This document shows, in pieces, positions 1 to 10,059 of a stretch of 64,000 nucleotides of DNA (the first letter of the stretch is position 1; the number at the start of each line of letters is the position of its first letter). The stretch lies in the IMG/VR virus record IMGVR_UViG_3300025326_000019; one strand, given 5' to 3'. This DNA is from an uncultured virus (IMG/VR IMGVR_UViG_3300025326_000019) (lineage: Duplodnaviria > Heunggongvirae > Uroviricota > Caudoviricetes). The notes under the pieces were generated by a model that saw nothing but the letters and a program-made list of their open reading frames with translations, had not been told where the DNA came from and searched no databases. Both the position numbers and the translations under genes were made by a program.

Positions 1-1
1 G

Positions 2-484
2 AAGATCGGGAAGGGGATCGCTGACCTCGAGAAGATTCGTGCGCAGCGCGTGGAAGAGGCTGGCGAGGATCCGCTGGCGGTGGTGGAACAGGAACTCGAG
101 GCTGCGGAGCTTTTCATTCAGTCGCGTATCGGTGAACATCTCTCGCGATGCCCTGGATGCGGACAGATGCTGACCGTTCCGGAGTTGCCGCATTGGGCGT
201 ATGAGCCGCTGCAGACCGATCAGGGGCTCCTGTGGCCTGTGTGGTCACCGGAGATGTGGAAGCTAGTACTGGGAGGAGAGATGCGTTTATCAGTTATGGC
301 TTTCGCGCTCCGAACCAGCCCAGAAGGATTAAAGTACACCGCGGCTCGTCGCGGGGAACCGTGGCCGGATGATCTGGATCTTGGTGCAGCAGAGGCGGAA
401 TTGCGCGTGCGGTTGCTGGACGATGAACGCGTGAAGGCGTTGCCCGTCCATGCGGTCGTGGATGATGGAGGATCAATAGAGTGA
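2..484 (+). CDS. hypothetical protein, 5'-truncated by the window edge (CxxC motif)
   Basis: Frame open from position 2; CPGC motif; its stop overlaps the next start. Confidence 0.6.
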   Translation, partial: KIGKGIADLEKIRAQRVEEAGEDPLAVVEQELEAAELFIQSRIGEHLSRCPGCGQMLTVPELPHWAYEPLQTDQGLLWPVWSPEMWKLVLGGEMRLSVMAFALRTSPEGLKYTAARRGEPWPDDLDLGAAEAELRVRLLDDERVKALPVHAVVDDGGSIE

Positions 485-726
485 TGACCTTGATGAATCG
501 TGGTGCCGTGACGATTGATGATCGTCCAGCGCATTCATGGGAAAAGAACGGTACGCAGTACGTGTCGTTTGATCCATGGGGGTGTTGGGGTGAAGGGGCG
601 ACGCTCGAGGCAGCGGTTGATGATCTCATTGATGCTGTACGCGAAATGCGTGGAGCGTTCCTCAATGAGGGTCAAATTGAGCCGTGGGAAGTTGATGGAT
701 GGGAGGATACCCGTGGCCCCCTTTAG
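484..726 (+). CDS. HicB-like small protein
   Basis: GCWGEGATLEAAVDDLIDAV resembles the HicB N-terminal G.C.(S/T).G.T.EEA.....EA pattern; no HicA partner visible. Confidence 0.45.
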   Translation: MTLMNRGAVTIDDRPAHSWEKNGTQYVSFDPWGCWGEGATLEAAVDDLIDAVREMRGAFLNEGQIEPWEVDGWEDTRGPL

Positions 727-991
727 CGATAAAATAAATCCAGAAGATCATTTCTGGATGGGTCTCTCGCAAGCGCCGGATATTGAGCGGATGCCGGCAG
801 TGGTGCTTTGTCCCGCAGGTCATCGAGCGTATCGGCTGATTCTCGAGTTGACGGCTGACTCTGAGCATGACCCTGTACGTGTTCCAGCCTACGGTTGTCA
901 AGCCTGTCAGGTCCTTTATAGATATCAGGAATGTCCGCGCCTTCCACCAGGGGAAGAAGGCCTCCCTCCGTGTGACGAGACACCGGCATGA
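713..991 (+). CDS. hypothetical Zn-ribbon protein
   Basis: GGGAGG RBS before GTG 713; CPAGH...CQAC..LYR. Confidence 0.55.
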   Translation: MAPFSDKINPEDHFWMGLSQAPDIERMPAVVLCPAGHRAYRLILELTADSEHDPVRVPAYGCQACQVLYRYQECPRLPPGEEGLPPCDETPA

Positions 992-1188
992 CATGTCGAG
1001 ATTTCTTTGCACGTTTTGCATGGCTTCCGTGTATGTCGGCAGGTGTAGTGCCACCGGAGATCGTGGATGGGTCGGCGTCCTTTGATGACAACGTGGAGGT
1101 CATGGTGCAGGCTGTGACGAAGACATTTGAGCGCGACGTCCGCCGCGGTCGCTTGCCGCAGGTGCTCAATGGGGGCCAGCGTGGCTGA
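988..1188 (+). CDS. hypothetical protein
   Basis: ATGA overlap with the upstream stop; fills the gap in the operon. Confidence 0.45.
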   Translation: MTCRDFFARFAWLPCMSAGVVPPEIVDGSASFDDNVEVMVQAVTKTFERDVRRGRLPQVLNGGQRG

Positions 1189-1618
1189 GTATTCCCACGA
1201 AGGCGCATCGATCTGGGGTTGGTCGACCTTCCGCGCGCTGGCGAAGCACTTTCGTCTGACGGTCTCTGCGCGCCTGACGCCGACGTCTGAACTCATGCTG
1301 ACGCCCTATCGCACACAGATGATCGAAGAGGAGGAGCGGGCGCGGCACGAGATGGAAGGGGCGATCGGCGCGTGGCGCCAGGATCTGCTCGTCGGGACTC
1401 GGCAGTGTCCTGCCAAACATCCGGTGATTCCATATGAAATTCGCGTGTCTATGCCGGGGGCGAGTCGGCGCCGCTGGATCCAGTGTTTTCCGAGCATGGA
1501 AGGGAATTCGGCGGGCTACGTGCCGGTACCAGTGTTTTTTTGTGCCGTGTGCGTTGGGGTATACCGGCCGCGTGAGGTCGAGGTCGTCAGCCAATCAAGC
1601 GAGGTGCCACGTGTCTAG
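1181..1618 (+). CDS. hypothetical Zn-ribbon protein, C-terminus similar to 713..991
   Basis: CPAKH...CAVC..VYR. Confidence 0.55.
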   Translation: MAEYSHEGASIWGWSTFRALAKHFRLTVSARLTPTSELMLTPYRTQMIEEEERARHEMEGAIGAWRQDLLVGTRQCPAKHPVIPYEIRVSMPGASRRRWIQCFPSMEGNSAGYVPVPVFFCAVCVGVYRPREVEVVSQSSEVPRV

Positions 1619-2168
1619 TAAGTACGAGATTGTTGATCGTATTTGTAAGATATGCGGGCAGGAGTACAAGACACAGTTTTGGCGTAATCTTTATTTCTGT
1701 AGCAGATCCTGTTATCACGTATCTAAAGTCGGAGCGGGGAATCCAAAATGGCGGGGTGGTGAAGTGATCAACAAAGGTTATCGGTACATGTATAACCCGA
1801 GTCATCCAAATGCCACAAAGCAAGGATATGTATTAGAACACCGGCTTGTTATGGAAAGTGCCACTGGGCGGCTTTTGAGTCGTAAGGAAGTCGTGCATCA
1901 TAAAAACGAGAAAACGCTAGAGAATAATCAGGAAAATCTTCTTGTGTGCGAATCCAACGGTCATCATATTTCTGCACATCATCATCCTGATGGCGGCAAG
2001 TTTAATAGAATGAAGACTCATTGTTTACGTGGGCATGAGTTCACGTTAGACAATACAGTTATACATGTTTGTTTGGGAGTTAGAAAACGTATGTGCAAGG
2101 CGTGCGAGAGCGATAGGAAGAAAAGGGTGTATTGGAATAGGAGGCAAGCAAGTGCGCAAGCCGTGTGA
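1611..2168 (+). CDS. free-standing HNH homing endonuclease
   Basis: CxxC..FCSRSC, NPKWRGG, YVLEHRLVME, VVHHKNE....N...NL, C-terminal KTHCLRGH Zn motif; lower GC than neighbours. Confidence 0.85.
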   Translation: MSSKYEIVDRICKICGQEYKTQFWRNLYFCSRSCYHVSKVGAGNPKWRGGEVINKGYRYMYNPSHPNATKQGYVLEHRLVMESATGRLLSRKEVVHHKNEKTLENNQENLLVCESNGHHISAHHHPDGGKFNRMKTHCLRGHEFTLDNTVIHVCLGVRKRMCKACESDRKKRVYWNRRQASAQAV

Positions 2169-2787
2169 GTCGTGTGAGAAATTACCTTGGAGTAAGACTG
2201 CGACTCGACGGTGTATTGAATTCGGTATGAATTTGGACGTTGGATCATCGTCTCATCCGCAGAAGGGATTCTTGGGCATGGATCGTCGCGAAGTGCCGAA
2301 TGTAAGTTTCGTGTGGGATGTGATGTCTCCATCTGAGCCCCCGTGGTGGGCGCAGCAGCAGTTTGGGGCGAAGGCTATTCCTCTTCCATTCCCTAGCATG
2401 TGCGTAGACAAGCTCCTGATGTCGCATTTATTTGAACACATTGCACCTGAGGCCAGCATTGCAGTCATGGACGAAATTTGGCGTCTTATGAAGCCCGATG
2501 GTCAAGCGTTGATTGTGGTGCCACATGGGAATAGTCATGGGTACATGCAAGATCCAACACATCAATTGCCTTGTAATGAAAGTACCTTTGCATACTGGGA
2601 TCCTGAACATGCCTCTCAACTGTGGCAGGTTTATCGCCCTAAGCCGTGGAAGATCGCGAGAATGCATGCGAGTCCTCTTCACAATATAGAAGTGATACTT
2701 GAGCCGAGAAAAAAGGCTGACGGCAGCGTGATTGACATTACAATCGAGAAGCTCAAGCGAAAGCACACGAAGAGGAGAACGCGGTGA
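2152..2787 (+). CDS. class I SAM-dependent methyltransferase
   Basis: LDVGSS motif I, SHLFEHI, EIWRLMKPDG, QDPTH. Confidence 0.85.
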   Translation: MRKPCESCEKLPWSKTATRRCIEFGMNLDVGSSSHPQKGFLGMDRREVPNVSFVWDVMSPSEPPWWAQQQFGAKAIPLPFPSMCVDKLLMSHLFEHIAPEASIAVMDEIWRLMKPDGQALIVVPHGNSHGYMQDPTHQLPCNESTFAYWDPEHASQLWQVYRPKPWKIARMHASPLHNIEVILEPRKKADGSVIDITIEKLKRKHTKRRTR

Positions 2788-3701
2788 GCAGGACGAATGG
2801 AAACCGGATCAGTCAGGTGGCATCAATCGGCCTTCAGCCGCAAGCGAAAGGTCACAGGGAACTCAAGAAGCGCGCGACATTGAAACTCGGCAAGGATAAG
2901 ATCATCCGCAATCTGGGCTTGCTGGGCCGCAAGGTACTTATCGGGACGCCTACTCTAGGGGTCATCAGAATTGAGGCCGCCATGCAGCGGCAGGGGCAGG
3001 TTGTGCCGATTAACTGGCAGGCGGGAAGCATAACAGCGTCCCATCAGCCACCTTCTGTGATCTCTGAGGGATATCATACTGCTGATGCTCAGAATATTAT
3101 TGTGGAGCGTGCGGTTCTGGATGGTTACTCGTGGCTTCTCCTCATTGAGGATGATGTACTTCCACCATTCGACACGTTTATGAAATTCAATCAACATATG
3201 TTAGATGTGACTGCGCCGATCATCTCTGGGCTCTATTTCTCTAAAGGGGAACCGTCGTGGCCACTGGTCTTTCGCGGTCGTGGCAACGGTGCTTATACGA
3301 ATTTCGACATTGGGGATCAGGTGTGGTGCGATGGTTTACCCACCGGCCTTCTAATAATCCACGGTTCGATACTCCAGTATATGTGGGCGAATTCTGAAGA
3401 ATATCGGTTGCCGGATGGCCGGAAGTGTCGGCAGGTCTTCAAATTTCCACGTGAAAGTTGGTTCGACCCTGAAGCGGATCGGTTTTTTGCAACTGGCGGA
3501 ACTTCTGATTTGTATTTCTGCGATAGAATTATGAAAGAAAACGTTTTCGCAAGGACGGGCTGGCCCAAGTTTTCTAAGATGAAATTTCCTTTTCTCTGCG
3601 ATACATCTATCAGCGCTCAGCAAATTGACTTAAGTGGCAAGTACTACCCAGCCGGCTGCACGAAGATCCTCGCCCCGCACCGAGAGAAGAAAGGGAGGTA
3701 G
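2784..3701 (+). CDS. GT-A (family 2-like) glycosyltransferase
   Basis: VLIGTPT, LLLIEDDV (DxD-like), ISGLY, TGLLII, SDLYFC. Confidence 0.7.
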   Translation: MSRTNGNRISQVASIGLQPQAKGHRELKKRATLKLGKDKIIRNLGLLGRKVLIGTPTLGVIRIEAAMQRQGQVVPINWQAGSITASHQPPSVISEGYHTADAQNIIVERAVLDGYSWLLLIEDDVLPPFDTFMKFNQHMLDVTAPIISGLYFSKGEPSWPLVFRGRGNGAYTNFDIGDQVWCDGLPTGLLIIHGSILQYMWANSEEYRLPDGRKCRQVFKFPRESWFDPEADRFFATGGTSDLYFCDRIMKENVFARTGWPKFSKMKFPFLCDTSISAQQIDLSGKYYPAGCTKILAPHREKKGR

Positions 3702-3704
3702 TCC

Positions 3705-4187
3705 ATGGCCCTGACACCAGCGCAAATTGCCACACTCGCAACGGACATCCAAACGCATCCCGAGTTAGCCGAGTTCTACGTCGGCGCAGCGAATGACAAC
3801 GTGGCGGTGCGCGATTACTATAACGCTCCTGACCCGACGCTCGCGGATTGCTGGCGGACGTCTATGTCGATGGCCGAGGCGCTCAAATCGGTGAATTGGA
3901 CCGAGTTCATCGGCCGGACGCAGGGGGAGCGCGATGCCTTCCGCATGATGTTCTCGCTTGGGTCCGTCGCGCCGTCCGATGCGAATATCAGGGCCGGGTT
4001 CACGGACATCTTCAGTGGCCCGAGTGGCGTGACCACGCGGACGGCGTTGACGGCCGCGGCCAAGCGCAAGATGACGCGCGCGGAGCTGCTGTTCGCCACG
4101 GGACCGGCGACGTTTACTCTGACGCACGAGGGGGCGGTGTCCAGTACTGAAGTCAGCGCGGCGTTTGCGTTGATCCCAGGAGCGTAA
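3705..4187 (+). CDS. hypothetical virion-module protein
   Basis: Strong RBS (GGGAGG); first gene of the structural/lectin cluster. Confidence 0.65.
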   Translation: MALTPAQIATLATDIQTHPELAEFYVGAANDNVAVRDYYNAPDPTLADCWRTSMSMAEALKSVNWTEFIGRTQGERDAFRMMFSLGSVAPSDANIRAGFTDIFSGPSGVTTRTALTAAAKRKMTRAELLFATGPATFTLTHEGAVSSTEVSAAFALIPGA

Positions 4188-4190
4188 CCA

Positions 4191-4637
4191 ATGCCGAATG
4201 TCTTGCTGTGGGACGCGGCTCCGACCAGCGAAGGGACCATCCTGACGACGGAGCTGAACGCACTCGGGGACGCCGCGTGGACCGTAGCGGGCACCGAGTA
4301 CGACAACTCCACGGATCTCCGCCAGTTCTTCCAGGCCGTGGTGGCGGTAGACTTTGTCTCTGCCCCCACAGCCACAGGCTTCGTGAGCCTCTACGCGATC
4401 AAGGCCGTGGACGGCTCGAACTACGAGACGCTCGACTCAGACAACGATCCCCGTGCCGACAAGCTGGTCGCCGTGATCAGCCTGATCGACACGACGGCGG
4501 CGCAGATCCGGGCCTCGGGCATCTTCACCTTGCCGGGGTGCAAGGTAAAGTTCATCCTGAAGAACTCCTCGGGGCAGGCGTTCCCGGCGACGGGATCGAC
4601 GGTAACGCTGTACTCGCAGGCGGATGAACTCCAATAA
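4191..4637 (+). CDS. small beta-sandwich-like structural protein (paralog of 58783..59460)
   Basis: LNALG..AW....EYDNSTDL and N.SGQAFPATGSTV match the 58783 product. Confidence 0.65.
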   Translation: MPNVLLWDAAPTSEGTILTTELNALGDAAWTVAGTEYDNSTDLRQFFQAVVAVDFVSAPTATGFVSLYAIKAVDGSNYETLDSDNDPRADKLVAVISLIDTTAAQIRASGIFTLPGCKVKFILKNSSGQAFPATGSTVTLYSQADELQ

Positions 4638-5500
4638 TGCCGCGCTCGACGCTCTGGCCTGATCCCCGCGTCAAGCCGCCCTTCAGGTCGGTAGAGATCG
4701 ACCGTGGGCGCCCGATCGGAGCCAGTATTCGGGTTGTCTGGCTGATGAATGAAGGGGCTGGCGTAGGGGTCTACAGCCTCGGTCTTCGTCACATGCTTGC
4801 GACCCGCCTGGTAATCAATAGCGGCTGGAGTGTAACGCCATTCGGGCCTGGTATGGTCTTTAGCAGCGCCAACGACGATCTCACGCTCGAAGGTATAGAC
4901 AATCCCTTCTACACAATGACGGCGCCGTTTTCTCTTGAAGTGCTCTGCATGCTGCCCGCGACCGTCGTTGGCTACGGTGGGCTGCTAAGCTGTGTGCCGG
5001 CGTCTGGAGCCAACGGGGCGCACTTCTCTGATTCTGGGGGGTCCACCTCCGCGTTCCGACCCACGCTGGTGCTGCTGGCGGGTGGCACAGAGAGTGCGCT
5101 GTGGTACGGCACGAGCACCATCACGCCACCCTTCGCGGGGCATCTCCTCGCGACCTATGACGGGACGACTGGGTACGTGTACGTCAATGGCGTAGACCAA
5201 GGCGCTACGACGCACGGCGCCCTGGGGTACGGCGGTGGCCTCCAAAACCGGATCGGCAGAAACTTCTACGCACGGCAAAATGCGACCGTGGTCAAGACGG
5301 CCATCTATAATCGCGCCCTGTCGTCTGGCGAGGCTCTCGAACTCGCGGCGAAACCCTACGCTGGGCTCCGCCCGATCCTCCGGCGGCGGTACTTCGTGCC
5401 GGCGGTGGGGCCAGGTACAAAGATCAGCGATGCCGCGGCCGTGGCCATGGCAGAGTCGGGCAAAGGGGTGAGTCTCTTGGTTTCCGAGGGGAGGAGATAG
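4637..5500 (+). CDS. concanavalin A/LamG-like lectin-domain protein
   Basis: WLMNEGAG, HLLATYDGTTGYVYVNGV, IYNRALSSGE. Confidence 0.8.
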   Translation: MPRSTLWPDPRVKPPFRSVEIDRGRPIGASIRVVWLMNEGAGVGVYSLGLRHMLATRLVINSGWSVTPFGPGMVFSSANDDLTLEGIDNPFYTMTAPFSLEVLCMLPATVVGYGGLLSCVPASGANGAHFSDSGGSTSAFRPTLVLLAGGTESALWYGTSTITPPFAGHLLATYDGTTGYVYVNGVDQGATTHGALGYGGGLQNRIGRNFYARQNATVVKTAIYNRALSSGEALELAAKPYAGLRPILRRRYFVPAVGPGTKISDAAAVAMAESGKGVSLLVSEGRR

Positions 5501-5504
5501 GGCC

Positions 5505-7256
5505 ATGATTATTCTCAGCGCGGTTGCGGTGGCTGCAGATCGGATTAACCTATCCTGGACCGATGACTACGCATCCGGGCCAGGGTATCTCCTCGAGCGT
5601 GCGCCGTCGACCTCTGGTCCATGGGCCGTCGTCACGACGCTTGGAGGGACGGTGCGAGCGTATACTGATACCGGCCTCGCGCCCTCGACGGCGTACGCCT
5701 ATCGGCTCTCTCGTGTCGCGGAAGCGGTGACGGCAAACGCGACGACGCCGAGCGGCGTGACGATGCCCTCTGCGCCGACGGGCTTGACCGCTATCGCAGT
5801 GTCTTCGAGTCAGATCAACTTAGCGTGGACCGATACGTCGACGAACGAACTTGGCTTTCGGATTGACCGCTGGGCCGGCGTCTGGGCTCCCCCGATCTTT
5901 GTCGGCGCGAATGTGACGACGTATGCGGATACCGGCCTCGCCGCTTCGACGGCCTACACCTATCAGGTACGTGCGTACAATACCGCTGGAGATTCGGCTA
6001 CGACACCGTATGCCAGCGCGACGACAGGGTCAACCGCAACGATGCCCACTGCTCCAAGTAATCTTGTGGCCAGTGCGGTCTCCGCCAGCCAGATCAACCT
6101 GGCCTGGACCGACAATGCCACCAACGAAACGGGGTTCAAGGTCGAGCGGGCCACCTCCTCGGCCGGCCCCTGGACTCAGATCGCGATTACGGGCACGAAC
6201 ATCGTCTCGTATTCGAGCACCGGCCTGAGTCCGTCCACGACCTACTTCTACCGCGTCCGCGCCACCAACGCGGCGGGTGATTCCGGGTACTCCAATACCG
6301 CCGGTGCTACAACTCAGGCCGGAGGTGTCCCCGGTGAGTTTCTGTGGGCGAAGCGCATTGGGGGAGTTGGCAGCGACGTTGGGTATGCCGTGGCGGTGGA
6401 CGGGCTCGGCAATGTCGTGATGGTGGGCACCTTCCAGGGGACGGTGGATTTCTGGGGCGCGCCGCTCACCAGCGCCGGGACCACGGACATGTTCGTGGTG
6501 AAGTACGCTCCGTCGGGGGAGCTTATATGGGCGAAACACTTGGGAGGAAGCGCGGGCACGGGCCGAGCGAACGCTGTCGCGGTAGACGCCGTCGGCGACG
6601 TGGTAGTGACCGGATACTTCCAGGGGACGGTGGACTTCGGAGGTACGCCACTCACCAGTGCCGGTGGGGCGGACGTCTTCGTAGCCAAGTACGCGGGACT
6701 CACTGGGGCGCACCTGTGGTCAGAACGCTTCGGGAGCACGGGCATTGACGTTCCCAATGCTGTCGCAGTAGACGCCGTCGGCGACGTGGTGGTGACCGGA
6801 TACTTCCAGGGGACGGTGGACTTCGGAGGCGCGCTGCTGACCAGTGCCGGCGGGACCGACATCTTCGTCGCGAAGTACGCGGGACTCAATGGCACGCCCC
6901 TGTGGTCCGACAGCTTTGGCGGCGCTGTCGATGATTACGGTCAATCTGTTGCGGTCGATGGCAGCGGCAACGTCGTGGTGACGGGATATTTCCAGCAGAC
7001 GGTCGACTTCGGGGGCGGGCCGCTGACCAGCGCCGGAGATTACGACATCTTCGTCGCGAAGTACTCATCCACCGGCGGGCACCTATGGTCAAAGCGCTTC
7101 GGTGACATCGTGGCCCAGAAAGGCTTCGCTGTCGCGGCTGACGATAGCGGCAATATATTCGTGACGGGGTTCTTTCTGTACCGGACGGACCTTGGTGGTG
7201 GAATACTCAGTAGTGCGGGCCAATCCGACGTCTTCCTCCTTAAACTTGGCCCGTAG
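5505..7256 (+). CDS. three fibronectin type III domains plus a beta-propeller (SBBP-like) repeat domain
   Basis: 3x INL(S/A)WTD...GL.(P/A)ST.Y.Y; ~62-aa repeats AVAVD..G.VVVTGYFQGTVDFGG..LTSAG..D.FVAKY. Confidence 0.9.
   Translation: MIILSAVAVAADRINLSWTDDYASGPGYLLERAPSTSGPWAVVTTLGGTVRAYTDTGLAPSTAYAYRLSRVAEAVTANATTPSGVTMPSAPTGLTAIAVSSSQINLAWTDTSTNELGFRIDRWAGVWAPPIFVGANVTTYADTGLAASTAYTYQVRAYNTAGDSATTPYASATTGSTATMPTAPSNLVASAVSASQINLAWTDNATNETGFKVERATSSAGPWTQIAITGTNIVSYSSTGLSPSTTYFYRVRATNAAGDSGYSNTAGATTQAGGVPGEFLWAKRIGGVGSDVGYAVAVDGLGNVVMVGTFQGTVDFWGAPLTSAGTTDMFVVKYAPSGELIWAKHLGGSAGTGRANAVAVDAVGDVVVTGYFQGTVDFGGTPLTSAGGADVFVAKYAGLTGAHLWSERFGSTGIDVPNAVAVDAVGDVVVTGYFQGTVDFGGALLTSAGGTDIFVAKYAGLNGTPLWSDSFGGAVDDYGQSVAVDGSGNVVVTGYFQQTVDFGGGPLTSAGDYDIFVAKYSSTGGHLWSKRFGDIVAQKGFAVAADDSGNIFVTGFFLYRTDLGGGILSSAGQSDVFLLKLGP
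6390..7250 (+). repeat. ~186-nt coding tandem repeats (propeller blades)
   Basis: Near-identical ~70-nt blocks starting at about 6573 and 6759, with more diverged copies on either side. Confidence 0.85.
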
Positions 7257-7287
7257 CTCGGATCGGATAGCGAAAGGAGGGAGATAG

Positions 7288-10059
7288 ATGGCCCTGACGA
7301 TTCTCGACAACGACGAGGCGCTCGCGGCGAATCCCCAGTCGATATGGATGCAGACCGACATTGACGCCGTCATTGCGGGCTTCAACGGCACCTACGTTGT
7401 AAGCGGCGGTACGGTCACAGCCCAGAGCACACCGGATATGACTGTCGCCGTCGCCGCCGGGACGGTAGCGGTGGGCGGGGTCATTGCGGCGCTCGGCGCT
7501 GGGAACGTGACGATCAGCGCCGCCGACGCGACGAACTCCCGTGTGGACTTGATCTGGTCCGACGAGACTGGGACGCGGGGGATCACCGCCGGGACCGCGG
7601 CGGCGAACCCGAAGGCCCCGGCGCTCCCCGCGAGCAAGGTCCTCCTCGCTATGGTCTACGTCCCTACGAACGACACCGATATCGACGCTGACCAGATCAC
7701 CGACAAGCGCGTGATCGTGCCGCACAACGGCACGGCCGGTACACTCGCCAAGTTCAGCAACGGGACGACCCTGGTAAACTCGATCCTCTCCGAGAGCGGG
7801 GCGGTGGCGACGGTGAATGGGTCGCTAAAACTGGCCGAGCTGGTCGGATCGGAACTGGTCACCAACGGAAATTTTGCGACCGGATCTGCCGATGGGTGGA
7901 CGACAACTGGGTGGACGGTGAACGTCGGTGTGGATGTCCAACATGACACGGGGAACACGACGGCGCTCACGCCCAGCACGCCGATTGTGCCTGTCATTGG
8001 CTTGCTGTACAAACTGGTCTATACCGTCTCTAGCCGGACGGCGGGGACGATCAGCGAGGGCTTCGGCGGCGGCGGGTCTGGCGCAGCCCGTTCCACCAAC
8101 GCGACGTTCACCGTCTATTTTCGTACAACTTCGACAGCTAATTTGACATTCACCCCGACCACTGACTTCGATGGGCACATCGACGATGTCTCGCTCATCG
8201 AACAAATCGGGGGCGTCCTTGTACCGCGAAGTTCTGGCGGCAGCCTTGCGTTCTTGCAGTGGAATGAGGGCACTGGCAGCGGCTCGAACGCCAGTGTCAG
8301 TGTCGGGCCGTTCGCTGGCGATATCCAAGCGTTACGGAACACGTGGATTGGCGGGCGAGCGGGTCCCACAAACAAACAATCGGTCGGCACGGACAATGCC
8401 GTAGTCGGCTATGGCTCGCTCGTAGGCACGACGAGCCAACAGGTCGGTTCTCGTAATCTCGTGATCGGCGCCGAGGGCATGAAGTCCTACGGTGGCGATG
8501 ATGTGATCGCATTCGGGAATCGCATCGGGTTTGACGTGACGAACACGATGGAACGCACGATCCTCATCGGCCACAATCGCGCAGCGGCGGCAAGTGTTGG
8601 TGACGTGGGGAGCACGGACGCAGTCATCATCGGCAACATCATTGCCGATTCGGACCCTGACCTACTGGACTTCAGTATCATCATTGGGGCTGAGGCGCTG
8701 GGCGGCGTGAATGCGGTCGGCATCGGCTATGACGTGAGCGCGATCGCCAATACGATTGCGATTGGCTACAAAGCATCCACGTCGGCGGCCAATGATCTGG
8801 TCATCGGGGGGAATGATGTCGCCGCTGGCGGCGTGACACAGGCCTATATCGGAGCCGGCAAAACGAAAGTCAGTCCAACCGCCGTCACATGGCAGACGAC
8901 TGGTGGGAGCGGCACCGATAACGTCGGCGCCGATCTGACGCTGGCGCCGGGTCGCAGCACGGGGAATGCCGCGGCGGGGTCGCTCTTCTTCGCTACGTCG
9001 ACGCCCGGCGCGTCCGGGGTGACGCTCCGCGCGCTGGCAAACCGCTGGAAGATCAGCGGGCCGATCCCGGCGAGCGGGAATCTGGGCGACCTCCTCGCCG
9101 CTACCGATAACGCCGTCAACATTGGGGCTGATGCGGCGAACCGTCCGAAGACTGTGCACGTCGCGACGAGCGTCATCGTAGGCGGCAACACCGTCATCGG
9201 GAGCGTCGCGGGGAAGCTCAACGCGGCGCTCCTCGCCATCGCGTCGCAAGCGACCGGGGATCTGCTCTACGCGGACTCAACGAGTACCTTCGCTCGATTG
9301 GCCGCAGGCGCCACGGGCACCTATGTACGCGGGGCTGGGGCTGGCACAGCTCCGATCATGAGTACGCTCACTCTCCCGAACGCCGCAACGACCGGCGACA
9401 CGTTTATCGCGACGGGCACCAATGCGATGGGAGTCGTCGCAGCGGGGGCGACGGGCGCCTACTTCCGGGGTGCCGGTGCCGCGACCGCACCGATCTGGTC
9501 CACCTTGATCCTACCGAACGGGGCCACGACGGGCGACACATTCGTGGCCAGTGGCACGAACGTGATGGGCGTGGTGGCGGCGGGCGCGGTCGGCACGGTG
9601 TTCAGCGGCGGGGGGGCCGGGGTAGCCCCGTCGTGGCTGATCCCCGGCAATACAACGCTTGTGATTCCAGGCACGAACCTCACGGCGAGCGGTCCGCAAA
9701 CGAGCGCGTTCCAGGCCGGGGGGACGATCACCGCGGGGGACCTGGTGATCCTCAACTCGTCGAGCCAGTGGGTGCAGACGGACGCCAACGCGGTGGCGAC
9801 GTACAATGGGCTACTTGGCATCTCGCTGGAGTCGAAAACAGTCGGTCAGGCGATGCTAGTCGCGCTCCCGGGCTCGCTCGTGCGGAATACGGCGTGGGCC
9901 TGGACACCTGGCGCGACGCTCTACCTCTCGGAGACGGCGGCGACGATTACGGAAACCCAACCCGTGACGACAGACGCGGCGATCCGGGTCATTGGACATG
10001 CTGTAGATGCAGATGATATTTATTTTGGGCCTGACGGTGCATGGATCACACATGTTTGA
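7288..10059 (+). CDS. large fibre-like virion protein with a C-terminal capsid-cement-like domain
   Basis: Gly/Ala/Thr-rich; CBM-like ELVTNGNF segment; adhesin-like AIG repeats; ~45-aa LPN.ATTGDTF repeats; C-terminus aligns by eye with 35709..36137. Confidence 0.75.
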   Translation: MALTILDNDEALAANPQSIWMQTDIDAVIAGFNGTYVVSGGTVTAQSTPDMTVAVAAGTVAVGGVIAALGAGNVTISAADATNSRVDLIWSDETGTRGITAGTAAANPKAPALPASKVLLAMVYVPTNDTDIDADQITDKRVIVPHNGTAGTLAKFSNGTTLVNSILSESGAVATVNGSLKLAELVGSELVTNGNFATGSADGWTTTGWTVNVGVDVQHDTGNTTALTPSTPIVPVIGLLYKLVYTVSSRTAGTISEGFGGGGSGAARSTNATFTVYFRTTSTANLTFTPTTDFDGHIDDVSLIEQIGGVLVPRSSGGSLAFLQWNEGTGSGSNASVSVGPFAGDIQALRNTWIGGRAGPTNKQSVGTDNAVVGYGSLVGTTSQQVGSRNLVIGAEGMKSYGGDDVIAFGNRIGFDVTNTMERTILIGHNRAAAASVGDVGSTDAVIIGNIIADSDPDLLDFSIIIGAEALGGVNAVGIGYDVSAIANTIAIGYKASTSAANDLVIGGNDVAAGGVTQAYIGAGKTKVSPTAVTWQTTGGSGTDNVGADLTLAPGRSTGNAAAGSLFFATSTPGASGVTLRALANRWKISGPIPASGNLGDLLAATDNAVNIGADAANRPKTVHVATSVIVGGNTVIGSVAGKLNAALLAIASQATGDLLYADSTSTFARLAAGATGTYVRGAGAGTAPIMSTLTLPNAATTGDTFIATGTNAMGVVAAGATGAYFRGAGAATAPIWSTLILPNGATTGDTFVASGTNVMGVVAAGAVGTVFSGGGAGVAPSWLIPGNTTLVIPGTNLTASGPQTSAFQAGGTITAGDLVILNSSSQWVQTDANAVATYNGLLGISLESKTVGQAMLVALPGSLVRNTAWAWTPGATLYLSETAATITETQPVTTDAAIRVIGHAVDADDIYFGPDGAWITHV

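Noticed and set aside
484..726. Complete HicAB toxin-antitoxin system
   Set aside because: No HicA-like neighbour was recognised
6390..7250. Near-identical repeats as a DGR template/variable pair
   Set aside because: Differences are not adenine-directional, the copies are in-frame propeller blades, and no reverse transcriptase is in the window
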